A stretch of DNA of 32,000 nucleotides. Source: an uncultured Lachnospiraceae bacterium (GTDB taxonomy: Bacteria; Bacillota; Clostridia; Lachnospirales; Lachnospiraceae). The notes beneath the pieces are model-generated. The model did no database searches. It saw nothing but the letters and a program-made list of their open reading frames with translations, and was not told the DNA's origin. Within the stretch, counting starts at the first letter, position 1. Every line of letters begins with the position of its first letter. The stretch is from the NCBI GenBank assembly GCA_944383545.1, contig CALWPY010000001.1, forward strand, positions 11,980-43,979, given 5' to 3'. Positions 10,085 through 17,290 of this stretch are shown piece by piece. The translations under genes were made by a program, and so were the position numbers.

Positions 10085-10142
10085 ACTTATATTTTACACC
10101 AACTGCCAGAAACTTTCGAGGTCTGGCAGTTATTTTTTCACA

Positions 10143-10184
10143 AAAAAAGGAGCTGCGCACTAATTCTTAGTGCGACAGCCCCTT
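10143..10184 (-). repeat. IS end proximal to the transposase start (42 bp), copy A; also an intrinsic terminator for the cassette
   Basis: aaaaaaggagctgcgcactaattcttagtgcgacagcccctt. On the minus strand this is a ~13-bp stem with one bulge, followed by 7 T. It lies 19 bp downstream of the stop of the 257-aa ORF. It is identical to 14751-14792. Confidence 0.7.
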
Positions 10185-10202
10185 AATAACTGAGATGTTA
10201 AT

Positions 10203-10976
10203 TTACAGCATTTTCTTTAAAATGTCCGCCAATACATAATAAGCATACTTATAAACTTCAGCGGAATTGTTGTCTGGCGTAACCTCACCATGCATCAAAG
10301 AACAACGCAATAAATATAAAACCTCAATGATGCCTCTGCTAACTTTAGATCTTTCATTAATAAAAATAATGTTATTGTCACGGTCTTTTCTTAGTACACT
10401 TTCAATAACATAAGGACAAACTTCTTTATAAAACGCTTTGCATTGACCTTGCTGTTCTATACCTAAACGAAGAAAATCGGCATGCACATCCAATTCTGTT
10501 TCATCATATCGATCCTGCTCAAATTGAAAATACACATAAGCGGGATTGTTTTTTCGATGAACTAATGTAGTGACCTTTTGTCTTGTCCTCTGAATTTTAT
10601 AGTGCGTTACTCTGTAATCTCCTTCTGCTATGCTTTTAGGATTATTTATCGCAATTTCAGAAAACGAAATTTGCTGACTCATTCCCCCTCTTTCCTGAGT
10701 AACAATGGCAGCACTGACTAGAGCAGATTGTAAATTGTTAAGATTCTTCTTGAAAGAAATTGCCCCATCAGTATTGTTATTTATATCGAGTAATGTTTCT
10801 ATGTACCCTTTGAATCGATTGTTTTCAGATTTTAATCGCTCTATTATTTCTCGATCTGTTCGTTCCTTATACTCACTACGATACCAAGAATTGAATGCTA
10901 TCCAAACTTTGATAAAGGCCGAATAATAATCGACTTTTATATCTATTTGTTGGATCCAATCTCTATAACTTGGCAT
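10203..10976 (-). CDS. Hypothetical 257-aa protein with a C-terminal Rx4H (HEPN-like) motif, translationally coupled to the S subunit
   Basis: Its start shares a TAATG overlap with the S-gene stop at 10976. The only recognisable motif is LYLLRCSLMHGE (R-x4-H followed by G) about 35 aa from the C-terminus. Both the N-terminal (YYSAFIKVWIAFNSWY) and C-terminal parts look helical. No TM segment or signal peptide. Confidence 0.55.
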   Translation of the reverse strand: MPSYRDWIQQIDIKVDYYSAFIKVWIAFNSWYRSEYKERTDREIIERLKSENNRFKGYIETLLDINNNTDGAISFKKNLNNLQSALVSAAIVTQERGGMSQQISFSEIAINNPKSIAEGDYRVTHYKIQRTRQKVTTLVHRKNNPAYVYFQFEQDRYDETELDVHADFLRLGIEQQGQCKAFYKEVCPYVIESVLRKDRDNNIIFINERSKVSRGIIEVLYLLRCSLMHGEVTPDNNSAEVYKYAYYVLADILKKML

Positions 10977-12415
10977 TAGCTCTCAACCCCCTTTTCATTA
11001 AGCCAACTTAACGCAACATCTTCGCCTTGTTCAATCGCTAAGCTAACAGCATCTGTTGCTAATCGTAGCATTGACAATCCTTTTGTCTTTTCTTCATAAG
11101 CTTCAATAATATGTTTTTCTATTTCTTTTTGAAGACTTTCTTCAACGAAGGGTATAACAATTTTATCAATATCTTTTGGATATAGTTCCTGTTGTGCAGA
11201 ACCAGCACTTAGGCGTTCAACTTGCATTCTTCCAATTTGAGAATTCATAACCAAAGCCACATATAGACAATTGTATCCTTGAGTTAATCTAAGAATGTTA
11301 ACATGGTTACTAGCGATTGCCCGTTCTTTTGACAAATATGGAGATGTTCTTCCGATATTTGCTCCTGTTGTATAAGTCAGGATGTCATTCAGATGTATTT
11401 GTGCTTTTGGTTTTGAGTCCCATATAGAACAATGTGTTTTTTCGAAATTATTATAATCCAAAGTGGTATCTAAGATGTGTTTACTATTAACTACATTTAA
11501 TTCCCCATCGCTAGAATAAATCGGTTGCACGCCTCGTGCATTATACGCTTGAATTTCTCCGATCTTTTTCGTGAAAAGCGAATTGTTCTGCAACAAAGAA
11601 AATAGATACTCATATTTAGGATGATAAAATTCAGCATCTATCCTAAGTTCATTATTAAGAACACTTTTATAATATTTAATTGCACAGTTATTATGGGCGA
11701 CATGTTCTGTATCGAATTTCAAGTTTTCATAAAGAATGCTGGTTGCCAACTTATACTTATTATCTGAACTCGATATTGTTTTGTTGCCTTTTTTTATGGT
11801 TTGAGCAATTATTGTTTGAAAAGAAGAACTTAATAGCGGTATAGGAATAGTACGAATACGGCTCATTGCCACGGTGGGTTGTGCAGACAAGGTCTTTTCC
11901 TTATCTAGAATAGCTTGACCACAACTCGAATTCAAAAAAGCAGATACGTAATACGGATTTAGCACGGCGTCTTTAGGTGTAAGTCTGCAAACATTTGGCC
12001 CTAATTGCAAGTTTTCCTGCTCTAACGTTAATGCTCTTCTATATTCTCCTGTATATGACATAATGATGTCACCGATTTTTAGTTTAGAGCGCTTTAAAAA
12101 CTCATCGGCTACGGATTTGTCAATTCTAAGTGTATCATCCAATAACAAATGCTCACTTTGAACATTTTTGCTTGTAATTGCTAAATAGTAATCATCTGTA
12201 GTCGTGTTTTCCTCTGTGAAATATTTGGTATATTCAAATCCCGCCAATTTTGATACATCAAAATGTTCTCCAAGTATGCAATGGTTCTTTGCCTTTATAT
12301 GATTTATAAGGTTCAAAGCGGATTTTTTATAATATTCAGAATCAATTCTAAATACTCCATTGCATTCTTTAGTAAAACTATAATTTATTTCTATACACTC
12401 AAGCCCATCCATCAA
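10976..12415 (-). CDS. Restriction-modification specificity subunit (HsdS-like, two target-recognition domains)
   Basis: 479 aa with the duplicated Methylase_S layout. The two variable halves each open with a similar motif (FRIDSEYY and LRIDAEFY). A central spacer helix and a C-terminal conserved helix (LQKEIEKHIIEAYEEKTKGLSMLRLATDAV) are present. Confidence 0.8.
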   Translation of the reverse strand: MMDGLECIEINYSFTKECNGVFRIDSEYYKKSALNLINHIKAKNHCILGEHFDVSKLAGFEYTKYFTEENTTTDDYYLAITSKNVQSEHLLLDDTLRIDKSVADEFLKRSKLKIGDIIMSYTGEYRRALTLEQENLQLGPNVCRLTPKDAVLNPYYVSAFLNSSCGQAILDKEKTLSAQPTVAMSRIRTIPIPLLSSSFQTIIAQTIKKGNKTISSSDNKYKLATSILYENLKFDTEHVAHNNCAIKYYKSVLNNELRIDAEFYHPKYEYLFSLLQNNSLFTKKIGEIQAYNARGVQPIYSSDGELNVVNSKHILDTTLDYNNFEKTHCSIWDSKPKAQIHLNDILTYTTGANIGRTSPYLSKERAIASNHVNILRLTQGYNCLYVALVMNSQIGRMQVERLSAGSAQQELYPKDIDKIVIPFVEESLQKEIEKHIIEAYEEKTKGLSMLRLATDAVSLAIEQGEDVALSWLNEKGVES

Positions 12416-12456
12416 GGCCTTATATTTAGCTTCATTGAAAGGTTCAACAGATGGGC

Positions 12457-14442
12457 TTATCGAAAAAAACTTAAACCTTCCTTCTTTGCAAATTCAATAA
12501 AAGCTTCTGCAATACCTTCTTGAGTCATACCATCGTGATTATAAAGATCATGATCTACGATAAAGTGACTATGGCTGTCGAGTTTGATTTCCCCATTTTC
12601 ATCCTTTACATAAATTTTCTCTCCAGAATTGTCCTTGCTTGGTTTCTGCATCGTTGCAAAGAAAATCGGATAATCGTCTTTTTTGGGGCACAACTCATCA
12701 TCCCACTTTTGCACAAACAAAACTGAGGTTTTCGTTCCAGTATGAGGTTTGAAAACATTGCCGTGTAAGCCGACAACTGCAAGTATACGACAACGCTCAG
12801 CAATAAAGTCACGAATATACTTGTCGCTCGAATTATTAAAACGCCCTTGAGGAAGGACTACGGCCATTCTGCCGCCCGGCTTTAAGAAATTAAGATTACG
12901 CTCGATAAACAAAATATCTCTGCCGACCTTTTTCTGCCACTTACCTTTTTCGCTTTTAGCAAGCTCATAATGAGAAAGAATGGTCTGCTCTTTAATATCT
13001 CCGGCGAACGGAGGATTCGCCATAACAAGATCAAAATTAAATTTGCTAAAATCATTGCTTCCTTTTGGTTGTAGCTTTTTCAGTTTTTTAAAGCCTTCGT
13101 TATAAGTATCATTCCAATCTTCCTGTTTGGTAATTTCGTTCCAACGAGAATAATCAAGTGTATTAAGGTGCAGTACATTGGTTTGCCCATCACCGGCAAT
13201 CAAATTAAGAGTTCGAGCAACACGAACGGTTTTCTCGTCAAAATCAATTGCAAAGACATTATCCCGAACAAAGTTTCTTTCATCAGGGGTTCTTTCCGAT
13301 GCTGTAAAGTCTTCACCGGGTTCCAGCCCCTTTGATAAACGAATTTCTTTCCATACTTTGAAAATGCTATGTACAGTAAAGCCCGAACTACCGCATGCAG
13401 TATCAATAATTTTATCATTAACTGTTGGATTCATCATTTTTACGCACATATCAATAACATAACGAGGCGTAAAATACTGACCTTTTTCGCCCTTTTGCGC
13501 TTTACTCATCAAATATTCAAACGCATCATCAACAACATCAAGATTGTTATTAAAAAGTTTAATATCCTGTAATGTAGAAACACAAACAGCAAGGTGCGAA
13601 GGGGATAACAGGATTTTGCTTTCCTCAGGGAATACACCTTCCCATTTCTTTTTTGCATCGTCAAATAGACCTTGAATTTTCTCTTTTAATTCAAAGTCTG
13701 TATCACCACTATTGCGGAACTGCAAATATGCTGTTTTGTCGTTAGCACAGATAAGCTCATCATAAAGTTTTGCGAAAATAAGCTTAAAGATTTCCTCGAA
13801 AGAATCCACACCGGCACTTGCAAGGACTTCATCTTCCATTTCCTTTATAAGATTTCTTAGAGAGCGTTTTTCCTTGCTAATCTTATCACGAGTTCTTAAA
13901 TCATCGTAGGTATATCTTTCGTTTAAGATATCTGAAAGTTTTTGTGTAGCCTTTGGAATGTCGCTAATCATCTCAAAGAAATTAGGATCTTTGCGATTAT
14001 AACAAGAAATTTGCTCACCGTTTGTCCAGACGCCAATAGGCGCACCTGTAGCGTTACAATAAGATTTTAATTGTTCTTTTCCGTCAGTGAGCTTAGGTTT
14101 TTTCAGTTCTACAATGATATAAGGAACAGTCGGACGATCCTTATCCATAATCGTTATATCAGCTCGCTTAACTTCACGACCAAAATGAATGGGAGTTTCG
14201 AGTTGAATACGATCTGTCGGATAACCATATTCGTGAATCAGCTTGTAAATATACAATTGGCGTACCGCTTCTTCCGGTGTAAGCTTAATTTCCTTACCTC
14301 TAATAAGACACTTGATATAAGGAACTTCCACACCTTTTATGGGTTTCATAAATACTGCAGTTTCAATAGATGCAATCGTATCCGTTGAAAACAGTGTATC
14401 ATCATAAGAGGTATTCTTGAAAAGCTCATTTAAATTCATCAT
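12457..14442 (-). CDS. Fused N-terminal PD-(D/E)xK (HSDR_N-type) domain plus gamma-class N6-adenine DNA methyltransferase; BcgI-A-like Type IIB/IIG RM subunit
   Basis: 661 aa. The N-terminal 150 aa match the Type I R-protein N-terminus pattern (PEEAVRQLYIYKLIHEYGYP ... RADITIMDKD ... PYIIVELKKP ... GVWTNGEQ), giving a D...E-x-K nuclease signature. The MTase part has GQYFTPRYVIDMCV, motif I IIDTACGSSGF and motif IV VMANPPFAG. Confidence 0.8.
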   Translation of the reverse strand: MMNLNELFKNTSYDDTLFSTDTIASIETAVFMKPIKGVEVPYIKCLIRGKEIKLTPEEAVRQLYIYKLIHEYGYPTDRIQLETPIHFGREVKRADITIMDKDRPTVPYIIVELKKPKLTDGKEQLKSYCNATGAPIGVWTNGEQISCYNRKDPNFFEMISDIPKATQKLSDILNERYTYDDLRTRDKISKEKRSLRNLIKEMEDEVLASAGVDSFEEIFKLIFAKLYDELICANDKTAYLQFRNSGDTDFELKEKIQGLFDDAKKKWEGVFPEESKILLSPSHLAVCVSTLQDIKLFNNNLDVVDDAFEYLMSKAQKGEKGQYFTPRYVIDMCVKMMNPTVNDKIIDTACGSSGFTVHSIFKVWKEIRLSKGLEPGEDFTASERTPDERNFVRDNVFAIDFDEKTVRVARTLNLIAGDGQTNVLHLNTLDYSRWNEITKQEDWNDTYNEGFKKLKKLQPKGSNDFSKFNFDLVMANPPFAGDIKEQTILSHYELAKSEKGKWQKKVGRDILFIERNLNFLKPGGRMAVVLPQGRFNNSSDKYIRDFIAERCRILAVVGLHGNVFKPHTGTKTSVLFVQKWDDELCPKKDDYPIFFATMQKPSKDNSGEKIYVKDENGEIKLDSHSHFIVDHDLYNHDGMTQEGIAEAFIEFAKKEGLSFFR

Positions 14443-14633
14443 ATATCCGCTCCTTCATCAACAAGTCTTTTATATCTTTCATAGGAAATAATTACATTTT
14501 GAGGTTTGTTTTGCTTTTGAACAATTAAAACCTTGTCTTTAGTGGCAACATCTTTAAATATTTTTGATGCTTGACCTTTTAAAAAGGGGGTAACCGACTC
14601 ATAATCGGGTATAATCTTCTTTTTTTGTGACAA
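14439..14633 (-). CDS. Phd/YefM-family antitoxin-like small DNA-binding protein
   Basis: 64 aa. KVLIVQKQNKPQNVIISYERYKRLVDEG matches the Phd/YefM core pattern (vvItrnGkpvaVllsyeeYerL). TTG start with a strong AAGGAGG Shine-Dalgarno 9 nt upstream. Its stop overlaps the start of the RM gene by 4 bp. Confidence 0.65.
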   Translation of the reverse strand: MSQKKKIIPDYESVTPFLKGQASKIFKDVATKDKVLIVQKQNKPQNVIISYERYKRLVDEGADI

Positions 14634-14670
14634 TCAGTTACGCCTCCTTATCATATAATAATGCGAATAC

Positions 14671-14700
14671 AGTATACCTCAAAATCATTACTTATGTCAA
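14671..14700 (-). promoter_or_regulatory. Sigma-70-type promoter of the cassette operon
   Basis: The minus strand reads TTGACA (14700-14695), an 18-nt spacer, then TATACT (14676-14671), about 35 nt upstream of the TTG start. Confidence 0.5.
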
Positions 14701-14720
14701 GTTTATTATTATAATAAATG

Positions 14721-14738
14721 TAATGACTTTAATCATTA
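14721..14738. promoter_or_regulatory. Candidate operator: inverted repeat TAATGA-N6-TCATTA, with a third half-site inside the promoter spacer
   Basis: taatgactttaatcatta at 14721-14738. Another TCATTA at 14685-14690 lies between the -35 and -10 hexamers. Confidence 0.35.
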
Positions 14739-14750
14739 TTTATTGGCAAT

Positions 14751-14792
14751 AAAAAAGGAGCTGCGCACTAATTCTTAGTGCGACAGCCCCTT
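14751..14792 (-). repeat. Solo 42-bp copy B of the IS end; intrinsic terminator of the CarD-like gene
   Basis: Exact 42/42 match to 10143-10184 in direct orientation. It lies 32 bp downstream of the stop at 14824. On the minus strand the hairpin is followed by TTTTTT. Confidence 0.7.
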
Positions 14793-14823
14793 TTAAAAAG
14801 GGTTTATATTGTTAAAATAATTC

Positions 14824-15321
14824 TTACATTCTTTCCAGAATAAAAGGAACGACATCTTCTCTGTTAATATTTAAAACTAATGAAAACTCATCATATATAA
14901 GCTTTTCAGCATCCTTTAAAAATCTTTCATCCATTATATGAAGCTTCTTTCCGTTTTTTACCAGGTCCTCCTGATGAAGATATATGGTCCTTATAAGAAT
15001 CATAAGTTCTTCCCTGTCGCCGTTATATATAATATTTTTGAATTTTTCTTTTCTCTTGTTTTCATTGTCAATCCATTCAATTTCTTTGCCCTTAAGCGAT
15101 TTTATAAGTTCATTTATTTCTTCTTCGGAGATAATTCTTTTCATTTTTGAAATAAGCTTTTCATTATCAAACGGAATATAAACTGTAGCGTTTTCATCAA
15201 ATACCGGCTTTAAAACATAATATTTATGCGTTTCATAATTAAACTTTTCTTCCGTGATATCAGTTATTTTACACACCCCGTTCGTTCCATATAAAATAGT
15301 ATCACCTACACTGAAATTCAT
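14824..15321 (-). CDS. CarD/CdnL-family RNA-polymerase-binding transcription regulator
   Basis: 165 aa. The N-terminus FSVGDTILYGTNGVCKITDI ... YYVLKPVFDENATVYIPFDN matches the CarD_CdnL_TRCF Tudor-like domain. The C-terminal half is helical. Confidence 0.8.
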   Translation of the reverse strand: MNFSVGDTILYGTNGVCKITDITEEKFNYETHKYYVLKPVFDENATVYIPFDNEKLISKMKRIISEEEINELIKSLKGKEIEWIDNENKRKEKFKNIIYNGDREELMILIRTIYLHQEDLVKNGKKLHIMDERFLKDAEKLIYDEFSLVLNINREDVVPFILERM

Positions 15322-15340
15322 TAAAAAAACTCCTTTCTAA

Positions 15341-15602
15341 TGCCGCCGACCTGCTTCACCAATTTGCGAAGCAAATTGATGAACTACTCATGCGCCATCG
15401 CACAAAGTGCGATTTTCCATGCGCATGATACCCTTTCAGGGAGGGGGCCATCCGCAGTGCCATTGCAAAGCAATTTCATTGCACTGCGTCCACTGCCGCC
15501 GACCTGCTTCACCAATTTGCGAAGCAAATTGATGAACTACTCATGCGCCATCGTACGAAGTGCGATTTTCCATGCGCATGATACCCTTTCAGGGAGGGGG
15601 CC
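15341..15602. repeat. Tandem direct repeat of a 109-bp GC-rich, hairpin-rich unit (period 153 bp) in the leader of the CarD-like gene
   Basis: Copy 1 (15341-15449) and copy 2 (15494-15602) are identical at 107/109 positions. A 44-nt palindromic spacer separates them. Each unit has three stem-loops: ttcaccaatttgc-gaa-gcaaattgatgaa; catgcgc...tcgcac-aaa-gtgcga...gcgcatg; and ccct-ttc-aggg. Confidence 0.85.
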
Positions 15603-15742
15603 TTGAAACAACGCAGCTTCACTGCAACAAAAAATTTTACTAATATTATGTTAACATATTTTAATAAATTTTGTCATAGGCATTTTTAACGATTTTTCAT
15701 TAAGTAAAAGTGCATAAATACAATAATATATTTATAAAAATT

Positions 15743-17254
15743 TTAATTTAGTCTGATACCTTGGGGTATTTTCCCTGCTTTTAGATAGTCAGTAATTTCA
15801 GCTGTATGCTCAGCTGTAATTATTTCTCCTTCTCTTATAATCGGTATACCCGGAGGGTAAACAAAAATATCTTCTGCCGCTGTCTTTCCTACTGCTTTAC
15901 ATAAACAGAGTTCGCCTGCACCAGTATTTATCATGGCATTTAAAACCGTCTCGTCCGACATTATGTTCTTAATACTTAAAAATTCAGTTTGCCCGCCATT
16001 TTTATCATAATTGTATATCAATCTCTTATCTAATGAAGAAAGTGCAAAATAAAGTTCATTAAAACCACAAATTTCATCACATACACTTGATATTGCCACT
16101 ACATAATCCTTTCCTGACATTTCTATGACAATACCATAGTCCCTTTCTAATATTTCTGATACTGTTTCTCCTGTTGCAGGAACTGCTTCCCGTGATTTTT
16201 CATCTTTCATTACAAACATGTTTTTAAAAGAAAATACCAGCCTTGTTTCATCATAAGAAAATGGTTTGTTTTTACAATCCATAAAATTTATAAGTCTTAT
16301 GTTTTTTAATTCTTCTGCCTTTTTTCTGAAGTCTTTTACTCTTTCCTCATATTTCCGAAATTCTCCGTCATATTCTCCTTTTGCATCTTTTTCTGTTCTG
16401 TTTTCATCACACCATGCCACGCATTTTTCCATAGCCTGTAAAAAAATATAAGAGGGCGACGAAGTCTGAAAAACTGAAAGATATTTTCTTATATTATTTC
16501 CTATTTTTTTCCTTTTTATTCCCTCTTTATCCCAGAAAAAATCAGACATATGTAAAACCGCAGTCTGGGTAAGAGAAGGCAGGGTCTTATGAAGGCTCTG
16601 GACTACTATGTCCGCTCCTAAATATAGAGAACTTTTGGGAAGAAAGGAGCAAAAAGGAAGATGTGCGCCGTGTGCCTCGTCAACTATCAGAATAATTTTT
16701 CTTTTATGCAGAATTTCACTTATTTTTTCTATATCGGAAATAATACCTTCATACGTCGGTGATGTTATGACACATGCTTTAATGTCATATTCTTTCTCTG
16801 CTTCTTCAACAATTTTCTCCAGCTTTTCAGCCTTTATGTCCCCTGAGATTCCGTATTCTTTTATAATATCCGGCTCTATGTATATTGGCGAAATGCCTGC
16901 AAGTCTTACTGCATTATGTACGGATTTATGACAGTTTGAAGCCACAATGATTCCCTTTTTCTCTTTTTTTATACAACCGTCAGTACATACGGAAAAAACG
17001 GCAGTAAGTATTCCTGCCGTGCTTCCGTTTACAAGATACCAGCTCTTATAACTTCCGTATACCTTAGAAAGCTCTTCCTGAGATTTTTTTATAATTCCTT
17101 CGGGGTGATGATAGTCATCAAGTCCGGGAACTTCCGTAAAATCCTTTTTAAATAAAGGATTTAACTCCTCTTTTCTCTTATGTCCCGGCATATGCCAGGG
17201 CTTTTTATTTTCATATATGTAGCTTTCAATATAATCCGAAATATACTTTTTCAA
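15743..17254 (-). CDS. Orn/Lys/Arg decarboxylase-family PLP-dependent enzyme
   Basis: 503 aa. PWHMPGHKRK, ITSPTYEGI, VDEAHGAH and the PLP-lysine context VQSLHKTLPSLTQTA match the SpeA/YaaO-type decarboxylase major domain. Confidence 0.8.
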   Translation of the reverse strand: MKKYISDYIESYIYENKKPWHMPGHKRKEELNPLFKKDFTEVPGLDDYHHPEGIIKKSQEELSKVYGSYKSWYLVNGSTAGILTAVFSVCTDGCIKKEKKGIIVASNCHKSVHNAVRLAGISPIYIEPDIIKEYGISGDIKAEKLEKIVEEAEKEYDIKACVITSPTYEGIISDIEKISEILHKRKIILIVDEAHGAHLPFCSFLPKSSLYLGADIVVQSLHKTLPSLTQTAVLHMSDFFWDKEGIKRKKIGNNIRKYLSVFQTSSPSYIFLQAMEKCVAWCDENRTEKDAKGEYDGEFRKYEERVKDFRKKAEELKNIRLINFMDCKNKPFSYDETRLVFSFKNMFVMKDEKSREAVPATGETVSEILERDYGIVIEMSGKDYVVAISSVCDEICGFNELYFALSSLDKRLIYNYDKNGGQTEFLSIKNIMSDETVLNAMINTGAGELCLCKAVGKTAAEDIFVYPPGIPIIREGEIITAEHTAEITDYLKAGKIPQGIRLN

Positions 17255-17290
17255 GGATTTTCCTCCTGACAGGTTTTCTCATTTTATTTT

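Larger units (their letters stand above)
8296..10182 (-). mobile_element. IS1182-family insertion sequence (~1.9 kb)
   Basis: A single transposase ORF is bounded by inverted GGGGCTGTCGC termini at 8296-8306 and 10172-10182 (reverse complement). Each terminus extends into a related hairpin plus T-run: ggggctgtcgc-loop-gcgacagc(t)tccttttt. No clear target-site duplication is visible. Confidence 0.7.
8296..14792 (-). mobile_element. Candidate 6.5-kb compound unit: the IS plus the passenger cassette, bounded by the outer IS end and the solo end copy
   Basis: Layout: end (8296), transposase, end copy A (10143-10184), four-gene cassette, end copy B (14751-14792). The outermost pair is in inverted orientation, as a transposase substrate requires. 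This is inference only, and no TSD was found. Confidence 0.35.

Noticed and set aside
10976-14442. Orphan Type I system (hsdM plus hsdS with hsdR lost)
   Set aside because: The methyltransferase carries an N-terminal HSDR_N-type D...ExK domain that ordinary HsdM proteins lack. The operon is compact and intact, with its own promoter and terminator. A BcgI-like Type IIB arrangement explains the absence of hsdR better. A database search would be needed to exclude the Type I reading completely.
15341-15602. Possible CRISPR array
   Set aside because: There are only two repeat copies, each 109 bp, with a 44-bp spacer. No cas genes are nearby. Repeat length and architecture are wrong for CRISPR.
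15340-15606. 88-aa plus-strand ORF with an internal repeat (PPTCFTNLRSKLMNYSCAI...SGRGP twice)
   Set aside because: The ORF is an artefact of the tandem 109-bp DNA repeat. It has no ribosome-binding site, runs antisense to all neighbouring genes, and the sequence is dominated by stem-loops. I treat it as non-coding repeat or RNA structure.
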